Under the pieces are notes generated by a model. The model was not told the DNA's origin. It ran no database searches and saw nothing but the letters and a program-made list of their open reading frames with translations. Below, in pieces: positions 18,580 through 28,557 of a stretch of 64,000 nt of DNA. Origin of the DNA: Rhodopila sp. (GTDB lineage: Bacteria > Pseudomonadota > Alphaproteobacteria > Acetobacterales > Acetobacteraceae); the NCBI RefSeq assembly GCF_965277165.1, contig NZ_CBDICE010000005.1, positions 344,443-408,442 on the forward strand. The letters run 5' to 3'. The first letter of the stretch is position 1. Every line of letters begins with the position of its first letter. A program made the translations under genes and the position numbers.

Positions 18580-19929
18580 ATGCAGCGCGATGCACGCGGT
18601 CTCCAGCTCTCGACCGACAGCGCCGCGGCGGCCGCGCTGTTCGATCGCGCGGTGGAGCATTTCTTGAAATATCACCGCGACACCATGAACCTGGTCAGCC
18701 AGGCGCTCGCCGCCGATCCGGGGTTCGTCATGGGGCACTGCATCAGCGGCTACCTAATGATGGCCGGCGCCAATCCGGCGCATCGGCCGGCGATCGCCCG
18801 CAGCCTCGCCGCGGCCGAAGCCGGGTCCGCCGTCGCCACCAGGCGTGAGCAACGCCATGTCACGGCGCTGTCCGCCTGGACCCGCGGCGCCCTGGGCGAG
18901 GCGTTTGCCGTCTGGCGCGATCTGCTCGATGACGATCCCACCGATCTGCTGGCGGTGCGCATCAGCGACACCACGCATTTCCGCTTCGGCCACACCCAGG
19001 CCGTCCTGGACCAGGCCGACCGCCTCGCGCCGGCCTGGTCACCCGATCTGCCCGGCTACGACTGCTTCCAGTCGGTCTGGGCCTTCGCCCACGAGGAAGC
19101 CGGAGACACCGAAGGCGCCGAACGCGCAATCGACGCCGCGTATGAACGCGACCCGGAAAATTTCTTTGCCCATCATGTCAAAGCCCACATCCTGGAGGCC
19201 GACAGCCGCCCGCATCAGGGCAACGACTGGCTCGCCGCGCAGACCGGCTATTGGCCGATTGGCAACAACCTCGTGCATCACCTGTGGTGGCACCGCGCGC
19301 TGATGCAGCTCGATCTCGGCCAGCGCGACGCGGTGCTCGCCAGCTACGACGCCAACATCCGCAACCTGGGCGCCCCGCTGACCAAGGCGGCCCCCGACCA
19401 GTTCAACGACCTGCAAAACGCCACCGCGCTGCTTTGGCGGCTGGAACTGCTGGGACTGGACGTCGGGGCGCGCTGGGACGAATTGGCCGACAAGGCCGAA
19501 GCGCGGATTGGCGACACCGCCTATCTGCTGCTGCCACCACACCTGATGTTGGCATTGGCGGCAACCGAACGCGACGCCGCCTCCGCCCGCTTCCTGGCCG
19601 CGCTGCGCGAGCAGGCCGGCGATCCCAATCGATGGGACGCCGCAGCGATCGGCGATGTGGTCGTGCCGGCGTGCGAGGCCGGCCTGGCGCATCGGCGTGG
19701 ACAGCACGCTCAGGTCGTCACCCTGCTGGCGCCCCGCCTGGAGCAAATCCGCCTGCTCGGCGGCAGCAACGCCCAACGCGACCTGTTCCGCCAGATCCTG
19801 ATCGATTCCGCGATGCGGGCGGATCGTCGCGACGTCGTTGCCGCGATGATCGCCGAGGAGACCGTCAGCCATACCGTTCCACCAGCTGAACGTGCCGGTT
19901 ACGCCGCCGCGGCGCGCTGGCTGATGTAG
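18580..19929 (+). CDS. TPR-repeat protein (TTC38-like family)
   Basis: ATG 18580 within track ORF 18412..19929. The helical-repeat protein begins MQRDARGLQLSTDSAAAAALFDRAVEHFL. The family call is from memory. Confidence 0.6.
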   Translation: MQRDARGLQLSTDSAAAAALFDRAVEHFLKYHRDTMNLVSQALAADPGFVMGHCISGYLMMAGANPAHRPAIARSLAAAEAGSAVATRREQRHVTALSAWTRGALGEAFAVWRDLLDDDPTDLLAVRISDTTHFRFGHTQAVLDQADRLAPAWSPDLPGYDCFQSVWAFAHEEAGDTEGAERAIDAAYERDPENFFAHHVKAHILEADSRPHQGNDWLAAQTGYWPIGNNLVHHLWWHRALMQLDLGQRDAVLASYDANIRNLGAPLTKAAPDQFNDLQNATALLWRLELLGLDVGARWDELADKAEARIGDTAYLLLPPHLMLALAATERDAASARFLAALREQAGDPNRWDAAAIGDVVVPACEAGLAHRRGQHAQVVTLLAPRLEQIRLLGGSNAQRDLFRQILIDSAMRADRRDVVAAMIAEETVSHTVPPAERAGYAAAARWLM

Positions 19930-19940
19930 GGGACCAACCC

Positions 19941-20324
19941 ATGCCGGCAATCGAACGCCTGATGCTAGACGGCCAGCCCGAACCAGTCAGCCACTACTGC
20001 CATCTGACCAAGGCCGGCAACCTCGTCTGGGTATCCGGCACTGTAGGGGTTTCGGCGGATGGCAGCGTCCCCGACGACGTCGTCGAGCAGTTCGAGATCG
20101 CCATCGCCAACCTGGACACCTGCCTCAAATCGGTCGGCGCCGGCGCCGAGCACGTGGTCAAGGTCACAGTCTATCTGACCGACGTCGCCGATCGCCGCAA
20201 GATCAATCCGATCCGGCAGCGATACTTCGGCACCCATCGGCCAGCCTCGACCTTGGTCGAAGTGTCGGCCCTCGTGCTGCCTGCACTGAAGGTGGAGATC
20301 GAGGCGCAGGCGGTCCTGCCGTGA
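19941..20324 (+). CDS. ridA: RidA/YjgF family reactive-intermediate deaminase
   Basis: The 127-aa protein has typical blocks (VWVSGTVG, VKVTVYLTD, PASTLVEVSALV...KVEIEA). Confidence 0.85.
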   Translation: MPAIERLMLDGQPEPVSHYCHLTKAGNLVWVSGTVGVSADGSVPDDVVEQFEIAIANLDTCLKSVGAGAEHVVKVTVYLTDVADRRKINPIRQRYFGTHRPASTLVEVSALVLPALKVEIEAQAVLP

Positions 20325-20414
20325 AGCAGCAGTCCGAAACTGCCTCCGATAATCGCCCGGGCGGCTCTGACCGTTACTTTCAAGCATTGTATTAATCGGC
20401 TGTCGCTGCCCTGA

Positions 20415-20783
20415 TTACGGCATGGAACGGCCGCGCCGGACGCGCCAGCCACCTCGAAGCATCCACAGTAAAACCCATACCACGATCCGGAACGCGATGA
20501 TGGCAAGGGTTATCTGCACCCACAGTCCAAAATTCCCAAGCGTGGCCTCGATCCGGTCATTCCACGGGTAAGGCAGCAGGCCGCACCCGGCTTCGATCAT
20601 CGAGGTGGTCGTCCGCTTCCACCAGATCAGCATTTCCGGCGCATACAGCCAGCCGTAGACATAGCCGATCAGAATCGCCCCGGCGGTCCACACCCTGAAA
20701 AAATGGTTTCGCAGCCACGCCCGCGTGCTGTTCCGGGAATTATCCAACGCCGGTTTCCCGCTCGGTTGCTGGCTTGAACTCAT
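20415..20783 (-). CDS. Small integral membrane protein, unknown function
   Basis: ATG 20783 within track ORF 20415..20843. Two clear hydrophobic spans are separated by a Trp-rich loop. Confidence 0.5.
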   Translation of the reverse strand: MSSSQQPSGKPALDNSRNSTRAWLRNHFFRVWTAGAILIGYVYGWLYAPEMLIWWKRTTTSMIEAGCGLLPYPWNDRIEATLGNFGLWVQITLAIIAFRIVVWVLLWMLRGGWRVRRGRSMP

Positions 20784-20885
20784 GTCCGCCCCGATTGTTC
20801 CCGCCCCGTAGATTTTTCCCCTGCCATACACTTGACGTGCCAATTCGCGCGGTCACTACTTCCGGCCCTAATGGGAGGCAAACAA

Positions 20886-21176
20886 ATGGCCGTCAGACTC
20901 GTTGTCACGATCAACGCCACCGCCGGCAAAGGCAGCGAACTCTCGCAGGTGTTTCGCCAGCGCTGCCTCGAGGTCGTCAAGGAACCCGGCTGCCAGGAGT
21001 TTGAGGTCTTCCAAAGCGTGCTGAACCCCGACAAGCTGGCCCTGCTGGAGCTTTGGCAAGACCAAGCCGCGCTCGACGCGCACGCCAAGGTCAACGCCGG
21101 CCGCGCGCCGTTGCCGGATGGCCTGCGAGCCGCCGGCGGCTCGCGTGAGGATTACCAATATAACAAAACCCGGTAG
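20886..21176 (+). CDS. Antibiotic-biosynthesis-monooxygenase (ABM/Dabb) family protein
   Basis: ATG 20886 follows GGGAGG. The roughly 96-aa protein contains CQEFEVFQS...LALLELWQDQAALDAH. Confidence 0.75.
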   Translation: MAVRLVVTINATAGKGSELSQVFRQRCLEVVKEPGCQEFEVFQSVLNPDKLALLELWQDQAALDAHAKVNAGRAPLPDGLRAAGGSREDYQYNKTR

Positions 21177-21195
21177 CGTCCAAAATGCCGCCGCC

Positions 21196-22272
21196 ATGAA
21201 GGTCTCCTATTTCGAAACCGGCCGCTATCAGGCCCCAACAACCATGCCGCCGATCTGGCCGATGCCGCCAGGCGCCTATGACGCGCACGCCGGAACCCAA
21301 CTCTACCAGGACATGGTGCAGCGGATCGCCTTGGTGGAACAACTCGGTTTCGATTGGTTCAGCCTGTCCGAGCACCACTACTCGCCGCGCATCCTGACGC
21401 CATCGCCGCAGCTTGCCGCGGCCTACATCGCCGCCCGGGTGCCCGACATCAAGATCGCCCTGCTGGGCCCGATCGTCTCACACAGCAATCCGGTGCGCCT
21501 TGCCGAGGAACTCGCGATGCTGGACGCCATGGCCCCCGGGCGCCTCGTCGTCGGCTTGCTCCGAGGGACATCGAATGAAGCCCTGACCTACGACCTCAAT
21601 CCCCGGGAATCCCGCGAACGCACCGATGAGGGGATGGAGTTGATCCTGAAAGCCTGGTCGGAGCCGCATCCTTTCGGCTGGCAGGGCCGGCACTTCAAAT
21701 ACCGCACCGTATCAGTCTGGCCACGCCCTTGCACCCTGCCGCATCCGCCAACCTACGCGTTGGGAACCAGCCGCGAGGCAGCGGACTTCGCCGCCCGCAA
21801 TCACATCGGTCTCGGTGTCTCGTACGGCCCGTTCGAGGTGATGGGAAAGGCCACCGGCTACTATCGCGAGCAATGCGACCGCCACGGCTGGCAGCCGGAC
21901 TCCGAACAAATTGTTTTCCGGGCAAACATAATCCTTGGGGCAACCGATGCAGACGCGCAGCGTACCCTGCAGGCCTATCCGCCGCGTCCGCCGTTCGCCC
22001 TGGGTAACGCGGTGGCCGAAGCATTGCTGGACCTCGATTCCCGCAACATCGCCGGCGAGGCACGGCCTGCCAGCGTCAACCGCGCGCTGCCGATCAATTT
22101 CGTCGGCGGACCGGATACCGTCATCGAACAGATCAGGCGATGCCGGGAAGCAACCGGCGCGGGTGTGATCGACCTGGGATTCCAGACCCCGGAATCCTCC
22201 GATCCCGCCGCGCTGCTGGCCGTGCTCGAAACGTTCGGCAAGCACGTCCTGCCGCGGATCCGCGATATCTGA
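21196..22272 (+). CDS. Luciferase-like (LLM class) flavin-dependent oxidoreductase
   Basis: ATG 21196 within track ORF 21118..22272. MKVSYFE...GFDWFSLSEHHYSP is a typical LLM N-terminus. Confidence 0.85.
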   Translation: MKVSYFETGRYQAPTTMPPIWPMPPGAYDAHAGTQLYQDMVQRIALVEQLGFDWFSLSEHHYSPRILTPSPQLAAAYIAARVPDIKIALLGPIVSHSNPVRLAEELAMLDAMAPGRLVVGLLRGTSNEALTYDLNPRESRERTDEGMELILKAWSEPHPFGWQGRHFKYRTVSVWPRPCTLPHPPTYALGTSREAADFAARNHIGLGVSYGPFEVMGKATGYYREQCDRHGWQPDSEQIVFRANIILGATDADAQRTLQAYPPRPPFALGNAVAEALLDLDSRNIAGEARPASVNRALPINFVGGPDTVIEQIRRCREATGAGVIDLGFQTPESSDPAALLAVLETFGKHVLPRIRDI

Positions 22273-22284
22273 CGGAGGCGGATC

Positions 22285-23091
22285 GTGGCGAACACCACAC
22301 CCGGCACGATGTTCCAAGAGCGGTGGGTCGAAGCGGACGGCTTTCGCATCCGGTTCATGCAGGCCGGAGACGGACCTCCCTTGGTTCACCTGCACGGATC
22401 GGCTGGTTTGCAATTGACCCCGGCCCACGACCTGCTGAGCCAAAGTTTCCGCGTGATCGTGCTCGAGATGCCGGGCTTTGGCGCCTCACCGAGGAACTCG
22501 CGGACGCAGAACATGCCCCAGATGGCCGCCACGATGGCGGCGGCGGCGACCGCGATCGGGCTGGATCGCTTTCACCTGATGGGCACCTCGTTCGGCGCTA
22601 CAGTGGCGCTTTGGCTGGCCGCCAACCATTCGGCCTTGGTCCGCACCCTGGTCCTGGAAGCCCCCGCGGCAATCCGTCCCAAGACCATGCAGCCGGTCTC
22701 GGGCACACCGCAGCAGATCGCCGGCCGGCTTTACGCTCACCCCGAACGGATGCCGCCCCTGCCGGCCACTGACCCGGGACCGGCCGTGCAAACCCTGATC
22801 CTGCTGCGCCGCTTGCGCGGCTCGTCGCGCGATCCGGCGCTGGAGGACCGGCTGCTCCAGGTCGCCACCCCGACCCTGGTGGTGTTCGGCACCCGGGACA
22901 GCGTCATCCCGCCCGATACCGGCCGGCTCTATAAGACACTGATGCCGAACGCCAATCTCGTCTTCCTCTACGACGCCGGCCACGCGGCCGCGGCGGAGCG
23001 CCCTGAAGCATTCGCGGAAATCGTCAGCGACTTCCTCCAGCATGGCGACGCGTTTCTGATCAGCCGCGGCAAGACGCTGATCTTTCCATGA
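22285..23091 (+). CDS. Alpha/beta-fold hydrolase
   Basis: HLHGSAG oxyanion region, nucleophile elbow GTSFG, and the C-terminal DAGH(A) His motif. Confidence 0.85.
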   Translation: MANTTPGTMFQERWVEADGFRIRFMQAGDGPPLVHLHGSAGLQLTPAHDLLSQSFRVIVLEMPGFGASPRNSRTQNMPQMAATMAAAATAIGLDRFHLMGTSFGATVALWLAANHSALVRTLVLEAPAAIRPKTMQPVSGTPQQIAGRLYAHPERMPPLPATDPGPAVQTLILLRRLRGSSRDPALEDRLLQVATPTLVVFGTRDSVIPPDTGRLYKTLMPNANLVFLYDAGHAAAAERPEAFAEIVSDFLQHGDAFLISRGKTLIFP

Positions 23092-23110
23092 GAGTGAGGC
23101 TTTGGGACAA

Positions 23111-23953
23111 TCAGGCTTTGGACGGCGCCCAGTCGTAGACCCGCTGCAGTGTCCCGCCCATCAACACCGCGCGGTCGCTGTCGGACAGGCGATCGGTGAC
23201 GCGAAATGCCTCCACCCCCTGTTGGTAGCTCAGCAATTCCACCCCTCGGGTCCAATCGGTGCCCCACAGGCATCGATCCAGGCCAAATCCGTCGAAGATG
23301 CGGCCGAGCGGATCCCACAGGTCGTCATACGGAAACGGTTGGTGTGACAGCGTGCAGGCCCCGGTGATCTTGACGACGATGTTGTCATGCTTGGCTAATG
23401 CCAGCAGCTTTGGAAGCTCGGCGAACGCCGCCGCCGGCGCCGGCGGCTCGAACGGCTGCTGCAGCCCCAGGTGATCGATCACCAGCCTCGTGTCCGGGTT
23501 CCGTGCCGCCAACGTCCCGACCTGCTCCAAACGCCCCCAGCACAGCAGATTGACCGGCAACGCGTGTCGCGCCGCAGCCGCGAGAACCCCGTTGAGCCCC
23601 GGGTCGGCGGCATCGGTCGATACGTCGCCCCGCATCATGATGCGGATGGCGACAGCGCCATCGGTCGCAGCCCAATCCGCGATCGTATCGACCACCGCCG
23701 GATCGCCGGGATCGACCGGCTTGATCACGGCGAACCGGCCGGGATGGGCCTTGCGCACGCTGATCGCATAGCTGGCGTCGTAGCGGTACATGGTGAATGC
23801 CGACACCAGCAGCGCGCCGTCGACCCCGACCGCGTCCATCGCCGCCACCATGTCGTCGCCGGTGACCTCGGGCGGCCCATGCAGCACAGCCGCCCATGGC
23901 CGTCCCGGATGGTTGCGCTCATAGGCATGTACCTGGGCGTCTATCGTGACCAT
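23111..23953 (-). CDS. Amidohydrolase_2-family metal-dependent hydrolase
   Basis: ATG 23953 is preceded by GGAGGAGGAATC. MVTIDAQVHAY provides the HxH-type motif, DHLG appears in the middle, and the C-terminus has WGTDW. Confidence 0.8.
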   Translation of the reverse strand: MVTIDAQVHAYERNHPGRPWAAVLHGPPEVTGDDMVAAMDAVGVDGALLVSAFTMYRYDASYAISVRKAHPGRFAVIKPVDPGDPAVVDTIADWAATDGAVAIRIMMRGDVSTDAADPGLNGVLAAAARHALPVNLLCWGRLEQVGTLAARNPDTRLVIDHLGLQQPFEPPAPAAAFAELPKLLALAKHDNIVVKITGACTLSHQPFPYDDLWDPLGRIFDGFGLDRCLWGTDWTRGVELLSYQQGVEAFRVTDRLSDSDRAVLMGGTLQRVYDWAPSKA

Positions 23954-24097
23954 GATTCCTCCTCCGTGTCCCAGGGTCTTTTTCAAGCCCCTTTTCGCCG
24001 ACGAACCCTAATTCCCCCAATCAACCGCGGCGGCGCCGTGAATCGATTCGTCACAGCCGCAACAGATCATCCGCCGGCAATCACGCAGCCGCCCCAC

Positions 24098-24913
24098 TCA
24101 GCCCGACTTGCCAAGGTTTTCCAGCAACGCCAACGCGCCCGGCAGCTCCCGCCGCCTCTCCCGCAACAGCTTTTCGCCGCCGACGGCATAGACCGCAACG
24201 GCCGAAAGCAGGTCCCGCAACCGCCCGGAACTGCGTGCGTCGAACGGCAGGACGCAACCGCCGGTGCGCTTGGCAAGGTCCCAGAACACCTCGGCATCGC
24301 GGCCCGCGGTGCGGTCGGCGGTGTCGTGCAGCACGATCAACTTTGTGTCCTGCCGGCCCATGGCATCGGCCAGCCTGCGACCTTGCGGCACGCTCTCCTC
24401 GAACACGTCGCCGATATAGACCACAACCCGCACGGCTGGCCGTGCCAGGCTGACTGACAGGATCGGCAGCAGCCGGGTCAGCCCGGCCGCGCAGGCAACA
24501 CCGGCGGCTCGATCGCGCAGCGTACCGGCATCGCCTGTGAACGCCGTGAAAGTGTGCACCCGCGACCCGCCATGCACCGCCAGCGCCACGTCCAACTCCC
24601 CCGGGAGCGCCTGCACTAGCACGTCCGTGACCCGCCGAGCGGCGGCCCAAGCCGGCTCGCGGGACGCGGTGGCGTCCACCGCGAAAATCAGCCTGGCCCG
24701 CGGCGCCGCGCCGCTTTCGGCCGGTGGTTCGGCGTGAGTCAACGCCGGCAGAGCCGCCGCCGCCGCCGTCGCGGCCGTGCTCGCCAATATTCGCAGCCGC
24801 CCCAGTACATTCGCACTTCGCGCCACGGCAGGGGACCCCGTTGCGACGGGCGCCGTTGCGGAGGGCGGCGGCGTATCGTCGGGGATCAGGACGAAGTTCG
24901 GCTTGTCTCCCAT
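24098..24913 (-). CDS. von Willebrand factor A-like domain protein
   Basis: ATG 24913 follows GGAGA within track ORF 24098..25066. LIFAVDATAS is a MIDAS-like D-x-T-x-S motif. The strand/helix alternation is typical of VWA domains. The function is unknown. Confidence 0.55.
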   Translation of the reverse strand: MGDKPNFVLIPDDTPPPSATAPVATGSPAVARSANVLGRLRILASTAATAAAAALPALTHAEPPAESGAAPRARLIFAVDATASREPAWAAARRVTDVLVQALPGELDVALAVHGGSRVHTFTAFTGDAGTLRDRAAGVACAAGLTRLLPILSVSLARPAVRVVVYIGDVFEESVPQGRRLADAMGRQDTKLIVLHDTADRTAGRDAEVFWDLAKRTGGCVLPFDARSSGRLRDLLSAVAVYAVGGEKLLRERRRELPGALALLENLGKSG

Positions 24914-25010
24914 GGCCGTCTCCGATGCTTGGATCACCGACCATAAAGCAGGATCGGGCAGGACGGAATGTCTCCAAACCTTTGGAGCACGCCCGAGAGG
25001 GGTCACCCGC

Positions 25011-26459
25011 TCAGCGAAACGGCGGCTCATCAAAGCTACGCAGCTTGCGCGAATGCAGCGCGGCAAGGTCGTCGCGCAGCAGGTCGAGCGCGGCCAGGCC
25101 GATGCTCAAATGCTCGCCCACCGCGCGTTGGTAGAAACTGCTGGCCGTGCCGGGCAGCTTGATCTCACCGTGCAACGGCTTATCGGACACACACAACAAC
25201 GTGCCGTACGGCACCCGCAGGCGGTAACCCTGCGCCGCCAGCGTGCCGCTCTCCATATCGACCGCAATCGCCCGCGACAGATTGATCCGCCGTCGCTCCT
25301 GAGACCAGCGCAGTTCCCAATTCCGATCGTCGTACGACACCACGGTCCCGGTGCGCAGCCGTCGTTTCAGCGCATCGCCGCGCTCCCCGGTTACCCTGGC
25401 CGCCGCTTCCTGCAATGCCACCTGCACCTCGGCCAGCGCCGGCACCGGCACCTCGGGCGGCACCAGGTCGTCCAGGATGCGGTCGCGCCGCAGATAGCCA
25501 TGCGCGAGCACGTAATCCCCGATCGCCTGCGACTGCCGCAGCCCACCGCAATGACCGATCATCAACCAGCAGTGCGGCCGCAGCACGGCCAGGTGATCGG
25601 TGATGTTCTTCGCGTTGGACGGACCGACGCCAATGTTGACGATGGTCACCCCACCTTGGTCGTCGCCGCGGGCAAGGTGATAAGCCGGCATCTGAAATCG
25701 CTGCCAGGGCGCCCCGGCAAGCCTGGCCTCGGCCGCGGCCGCATCGTCGCCGCGGCTGGCGACAGCACCGCCGGGGGCAATAAGACGCTGATACGGGCTG
25801 GCCGGATCGGCCAATTCGTCCAGCCCCCAGCGCACGAACTGATCGACATAGCGCTGGTAGTTGGTCAGCAGGATCCACGGCTGGATATGGCGCCAGTCGC
25901 CGCCGGTATAGTGCAGCAGGCGCTGCAGCGAGTAATCCACCCGCACTGCGTCGAACAGTGCCAGCGGCCGCGGCTGCCCCGCTTCGGTCGTCCACAGCCC
26001 ATCCGCCACCTCGTCGCCGACCGCGGACAGCAACGGCGTCGGAAAATACCGCGCCAGCTCAGCCGGCGAGGCGCCACTGTCGGCCAGCTCATCGCCGCGG
26101 TCGAGCACATAAGGGAACGGCATTTCCTGGTCGCTTAGCTCCACCCGGATCGATGCGCCATATTCGGCGACCAGCGGCCGCAACTGCTCCAGCAGGTAGG
26201 CGCGAAAGAATTCGGGTTGGGTAACCGTGGTGGCGTAGCGGCCGGGCGCCTGGAACTTGCCCCAGGCACGGCGGGTCATCGGCACGGTTCCGTTTGGCGC
26301 CCAGTGCAGGCAAAGTTCGGGATAACGAAATCCCCGCCGTTCCGCCCGGTCCGGCGGCGCGCCGCCGGCGGCAAAGCGCACCAGAGCGTCGCGCTGCCCC
26401 CGCGCCGCCTCGGCGTGCATCGACTCCAGCCGGTCCACGGCCTGCTCGGGGGTCAGCAT
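25011..26459 (-). CDS. amn: AMP nucleosidase
   Basis: The 482-aa protein has a regulatory N-domain plus a PNP/UDP-phosphorylase-like catalytic domain (VNIGVGPSNAKNITDHL, VDMESGTLAA). Length and order match Amn. Confidence 0.88.
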   Translation of the reverse strand: MLTPEQAVDRLESMHAEAARGQRDALVRFAAGGAPPDRAERRGFRYPELCLHWAPNGTVPMTRRAWGKFQAPGRYATTVTQPEFFRAYLLEQLRPLVAEYGASIRVELSDQEMPFPYVLDRGDELADSGASPAELARYFPTPLLSAVGDEVADGLWTTEAGQPRPLALFDAVRVDYSLQRLLHYTGGDWRHIQPWILLTNYQRYVDQFVRWGLDELADPASPYQRLIAPGGAVASRGDDAAAAEARLAGAPWQRFQMPAYHLARGDDQGGVTIVNIGVGPSNAKNITDHLAVLRPHCWLMIGHCGGLRQSQAIGDYVLAHGYLRRDRILDDLVPPEVPVPALAEVQVALQEAAARVTGERGDALKRRLRTGTVVSYDDRNWELRWSQERRRINLSRAIAVDMESGTLAAQGYRLRVPYGTLLCVSDKPLHGEIKLPGTASSFYQRAVGEHLSIGLAALDLLRDDLAALHSRKLRSFDEPPFR

Positions 26460-26736
26460 CGTTTCGCGTCCATCTGGTTCGGCAGCCTCCGACAGCGACC
26501 GTCATGCGGCAACCACGCAGCCGCCGACATGATCGCTTCCGGCCCGCGGTGCAAGCAAACCAAAGCGCGAGCGGCTGGCAGCAGGGCAAATATCGCTGCC
26601 TTCAAATCAACAACCGCGCCGCATCCTGTCCCCTGGGCCAGACTACCGTCGCACTCGAACCCCGCTTCCCGACCAATCAAATCCCTTTGCATCCACCCGC
26701 CGTCTGACGCATTCTGTCCGCCGTCCCAGGCACCCG

Positions 26737-26916
26737 CCGCGGGAGAGCAGCGGGCCAACACCCCGCCGCCGAAGGCGCAACCGGCCCCCGGAAACGCTCA
26801 GGCAACCAGGACCGCGACGGGCAGGGATCTCTGGAAAGCCGAACCGCGCGCACACGCGGTTTGCACCGACGGAGTAAGGGGTTGCGGCCCCGAATCTCTC
26901 AGGTACCGTGACAGAG
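26737..26916 (+). promoter_or_regulatory. Tandem glycine riboswitch (two aptamers) in the gcvT leader
   Basis: Aptamer 1 contains GGGAGAG...CGCCGAAGGCGCAA...CGCTCAGGCAACCAGGACCGCG. Aptamer 2 contains CTCTGGAAAG...CACCGACGGAGTAA...TCTCTCAGGTACCGTGACAGAG. Both match the conserved glycine-aptamer cores in the canonical order and sit upstream of gcvTHP. Confidence 0.9.
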
Positions 26917-26974
26917 GGGGGTCATCGCCGCCGGCATTCCGCCGGCGGATGGCCCGGTCGCGGAGAATCCCATC

Positions 26975-28135
26975 TTGGCTCAGAACGCCCTGCCCGACGA
27001 TCCCGCGACGACGCCCCGCAGTGTCCCCCTCGATCCTTGGCACCGCCGCCATGGCGCACGCATGGTGACTTTCGCCGGCTACGCCATGCCGGTGCAATAC
27101 GATCCGGCCGGCGACCTTGCCAGCCGCTGCCGAGGCGGCGTCCTGGCCGAACATCTGCACACCAGGACCCATGCAGGACTGTTCGACGTCTCGCACATGG
27201 GTCAGGCCACGCTGACCGGAGCCAACGTCGCGACCGCACTGGAAACCCTGGTCCCGGGCGACATCGCCGGCCTCAAACCCGGCCGTCAACGCTACACCCT
27301 GCTGACCAACGAAGCCGGCGGAATCATCGACGACCTGATGGTCGCCCGGCTCGACGCCGATCGCTTGTTCCTGGTGGTCAACGCCGACCGCAAGGACGTC
27401 GATTTCGCCCACCTCGCCGCCAACCTTCCCGAACACCTGATCCTCACCCCGCACGACGACCGCGCGCTGCTGGCGCTGCAAGGGCCCGAAGCCGCCGCCG
27501 TCATGTCACGCCTGTCACCCGACGCCGCCGCGCTGCCGTTCATGGCCATCACCGCCGTCAACCTGGATGGCATCGACTGCCTGGTGTCGCGCTCCGGCTA
27601 CACCGGCGAGGACGGGTTCGAGATCTCGATCCAAGCCGACCATGCCGAAGCCCTGGCGGACCGACTGATCGGCCAGCCCGAGGTCGCCCCGATCGGCCTC
27701 GGCGCCCGTGATTCGCTGCGACTTGAAGCCGGCCTCTGCCTCTACGGCAACGATATCGATGAACTGACCAGTCCGATCGAGGCCGGCCTCACCTGGGTGA
27801 TCAGCAAGCGCCGCAAGACGAACTGGGATTTTCCCGGCGGTATGGTGATGCGCGATCAGCTCGACAACGGCGTGCCCCGCCGCCGCGTCGGCATCCGTCC
27901 GGACGGCCGAACTCCCGCCCGCGCCCAGACCACCATCGTCGCCGACGACGGTACCGAGGCCGGCACCATCACCTCCGGCGGCTTCGGCCCCAGCGTGAAC
28001 GGCCCGATCGCCATTGGCTACGTCCGCAAGGATCTCACCGCCGACGGCACCAAGCTGAACCTGATCGTCCGCGGCAAGACCATTCCCGCCACCGTCGTGC
28101 CGCTGCCGTTCACACCCCACCGCTACCTGCGTTGA
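26975..28135 (+). CDS. gcvT: Glycine cleavage system aminomethyltransferase (T protein)
   Basis: TTG start at 26975 after GGAGAA. Family blocks are present (MVTFAGYAMPVQY, LFDVSHMG, SRSGYTGEDGFEI, LGARDSLRLEAGL). Confidence 0.92.
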   Translation: MAQNALPDDPATTPRSVPLDPWHRRHGARMVTFAGYAMPVQYDPAGDLASRCRGGVLAEHLHTRTHAGLFDVSHMGQATLTGANVATALETLVPGDIAGLKPGRQRYTLLTNEAGGIIDDLMVARLDADRLFLVVNADRKDVDFAHLAANLPEHLILTPHDDRALLALQGPEAAAVMSRLSPDAAALPFMAITAVNLDGIDCLVSRSGYTGEDGFEISIQADHAEALADRLIGQPEVAPIGLGARDSLRLEAGLCLYGNDIDELTSPIEAGLTWVISKRRKTNWDFPGGMVMRDQLDNGVPRRRVGIRPDGRTPARAQTTIVADDGTEAGTITSGGFGPSVNGPIAIGYVRKDLTADGTKLNLIVRGKTIPATVVPLPFTPHRYLR

Positions 28136-28168
28136 GACCGTTACCCTACGCCGAGAAGGAACGCCCCG

Positions 28169-28555
28169 ATGGCCAGCAAGACTGCTGACAAGCGTTATAC
28201 CAAGGACCACGAATGGGTGCTGATGGACGGCGACATCGCCACCGTCGGCATCACCGACCACGCCCAGGAACAGCTCGGTGACCTCGTCCATGTCGAGCTG
28301 CCGGAACTGGAACGCGCCGTCGCCGAGGGCGAAACCTGCGCCGTCGTCGAAAGCGTCAAGGCCGCCTCCGACGTGTTCGCCCCCCTGGCCGGTAAGATCG
28401 TGGAAATCAACGAAACGGTCACCGAAGACCCCTCTATCGTCAACAGCGACGCCGAGGGCGAGGGCTGGTTCTTCCGCCTCGAACTCGACGACACAGACGC
28501 GTTCGAGGCGTTGATGGATCAGGACGCCTACGACGAATACCTCGAGACTCTGTAG
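28169..28555 (+). CDS. gcvH: Glycine cleavage system H protein
   Basis: The 128-aa protein carries the lipoyl-lysine motif VESVKAASD and the N-terminal block YTKDHEWV. Confidence 0.95.
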   Translation: MASKTADKRYTKDHEWVLMDGDIATVGITDHAQEQLGDLVHVELPELERAVAEGETCAVVESVKAASDVFAPLAGKIVEINETVTEDPSIVNSDAEGEGWFFRLELDDTDAFEALMDQDAYDEYLETL

Positions 28556-28557
28556 CG

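Noticed and set aside
24914-25066. A longer N-terminal extension of the VWA-like ORF (track start 25066).
   Set aside because: The extension would overlap the 3' end of amn (stop at 25011). It lacks an RBS, whereas ATG 24913 has GGAGA upstream.
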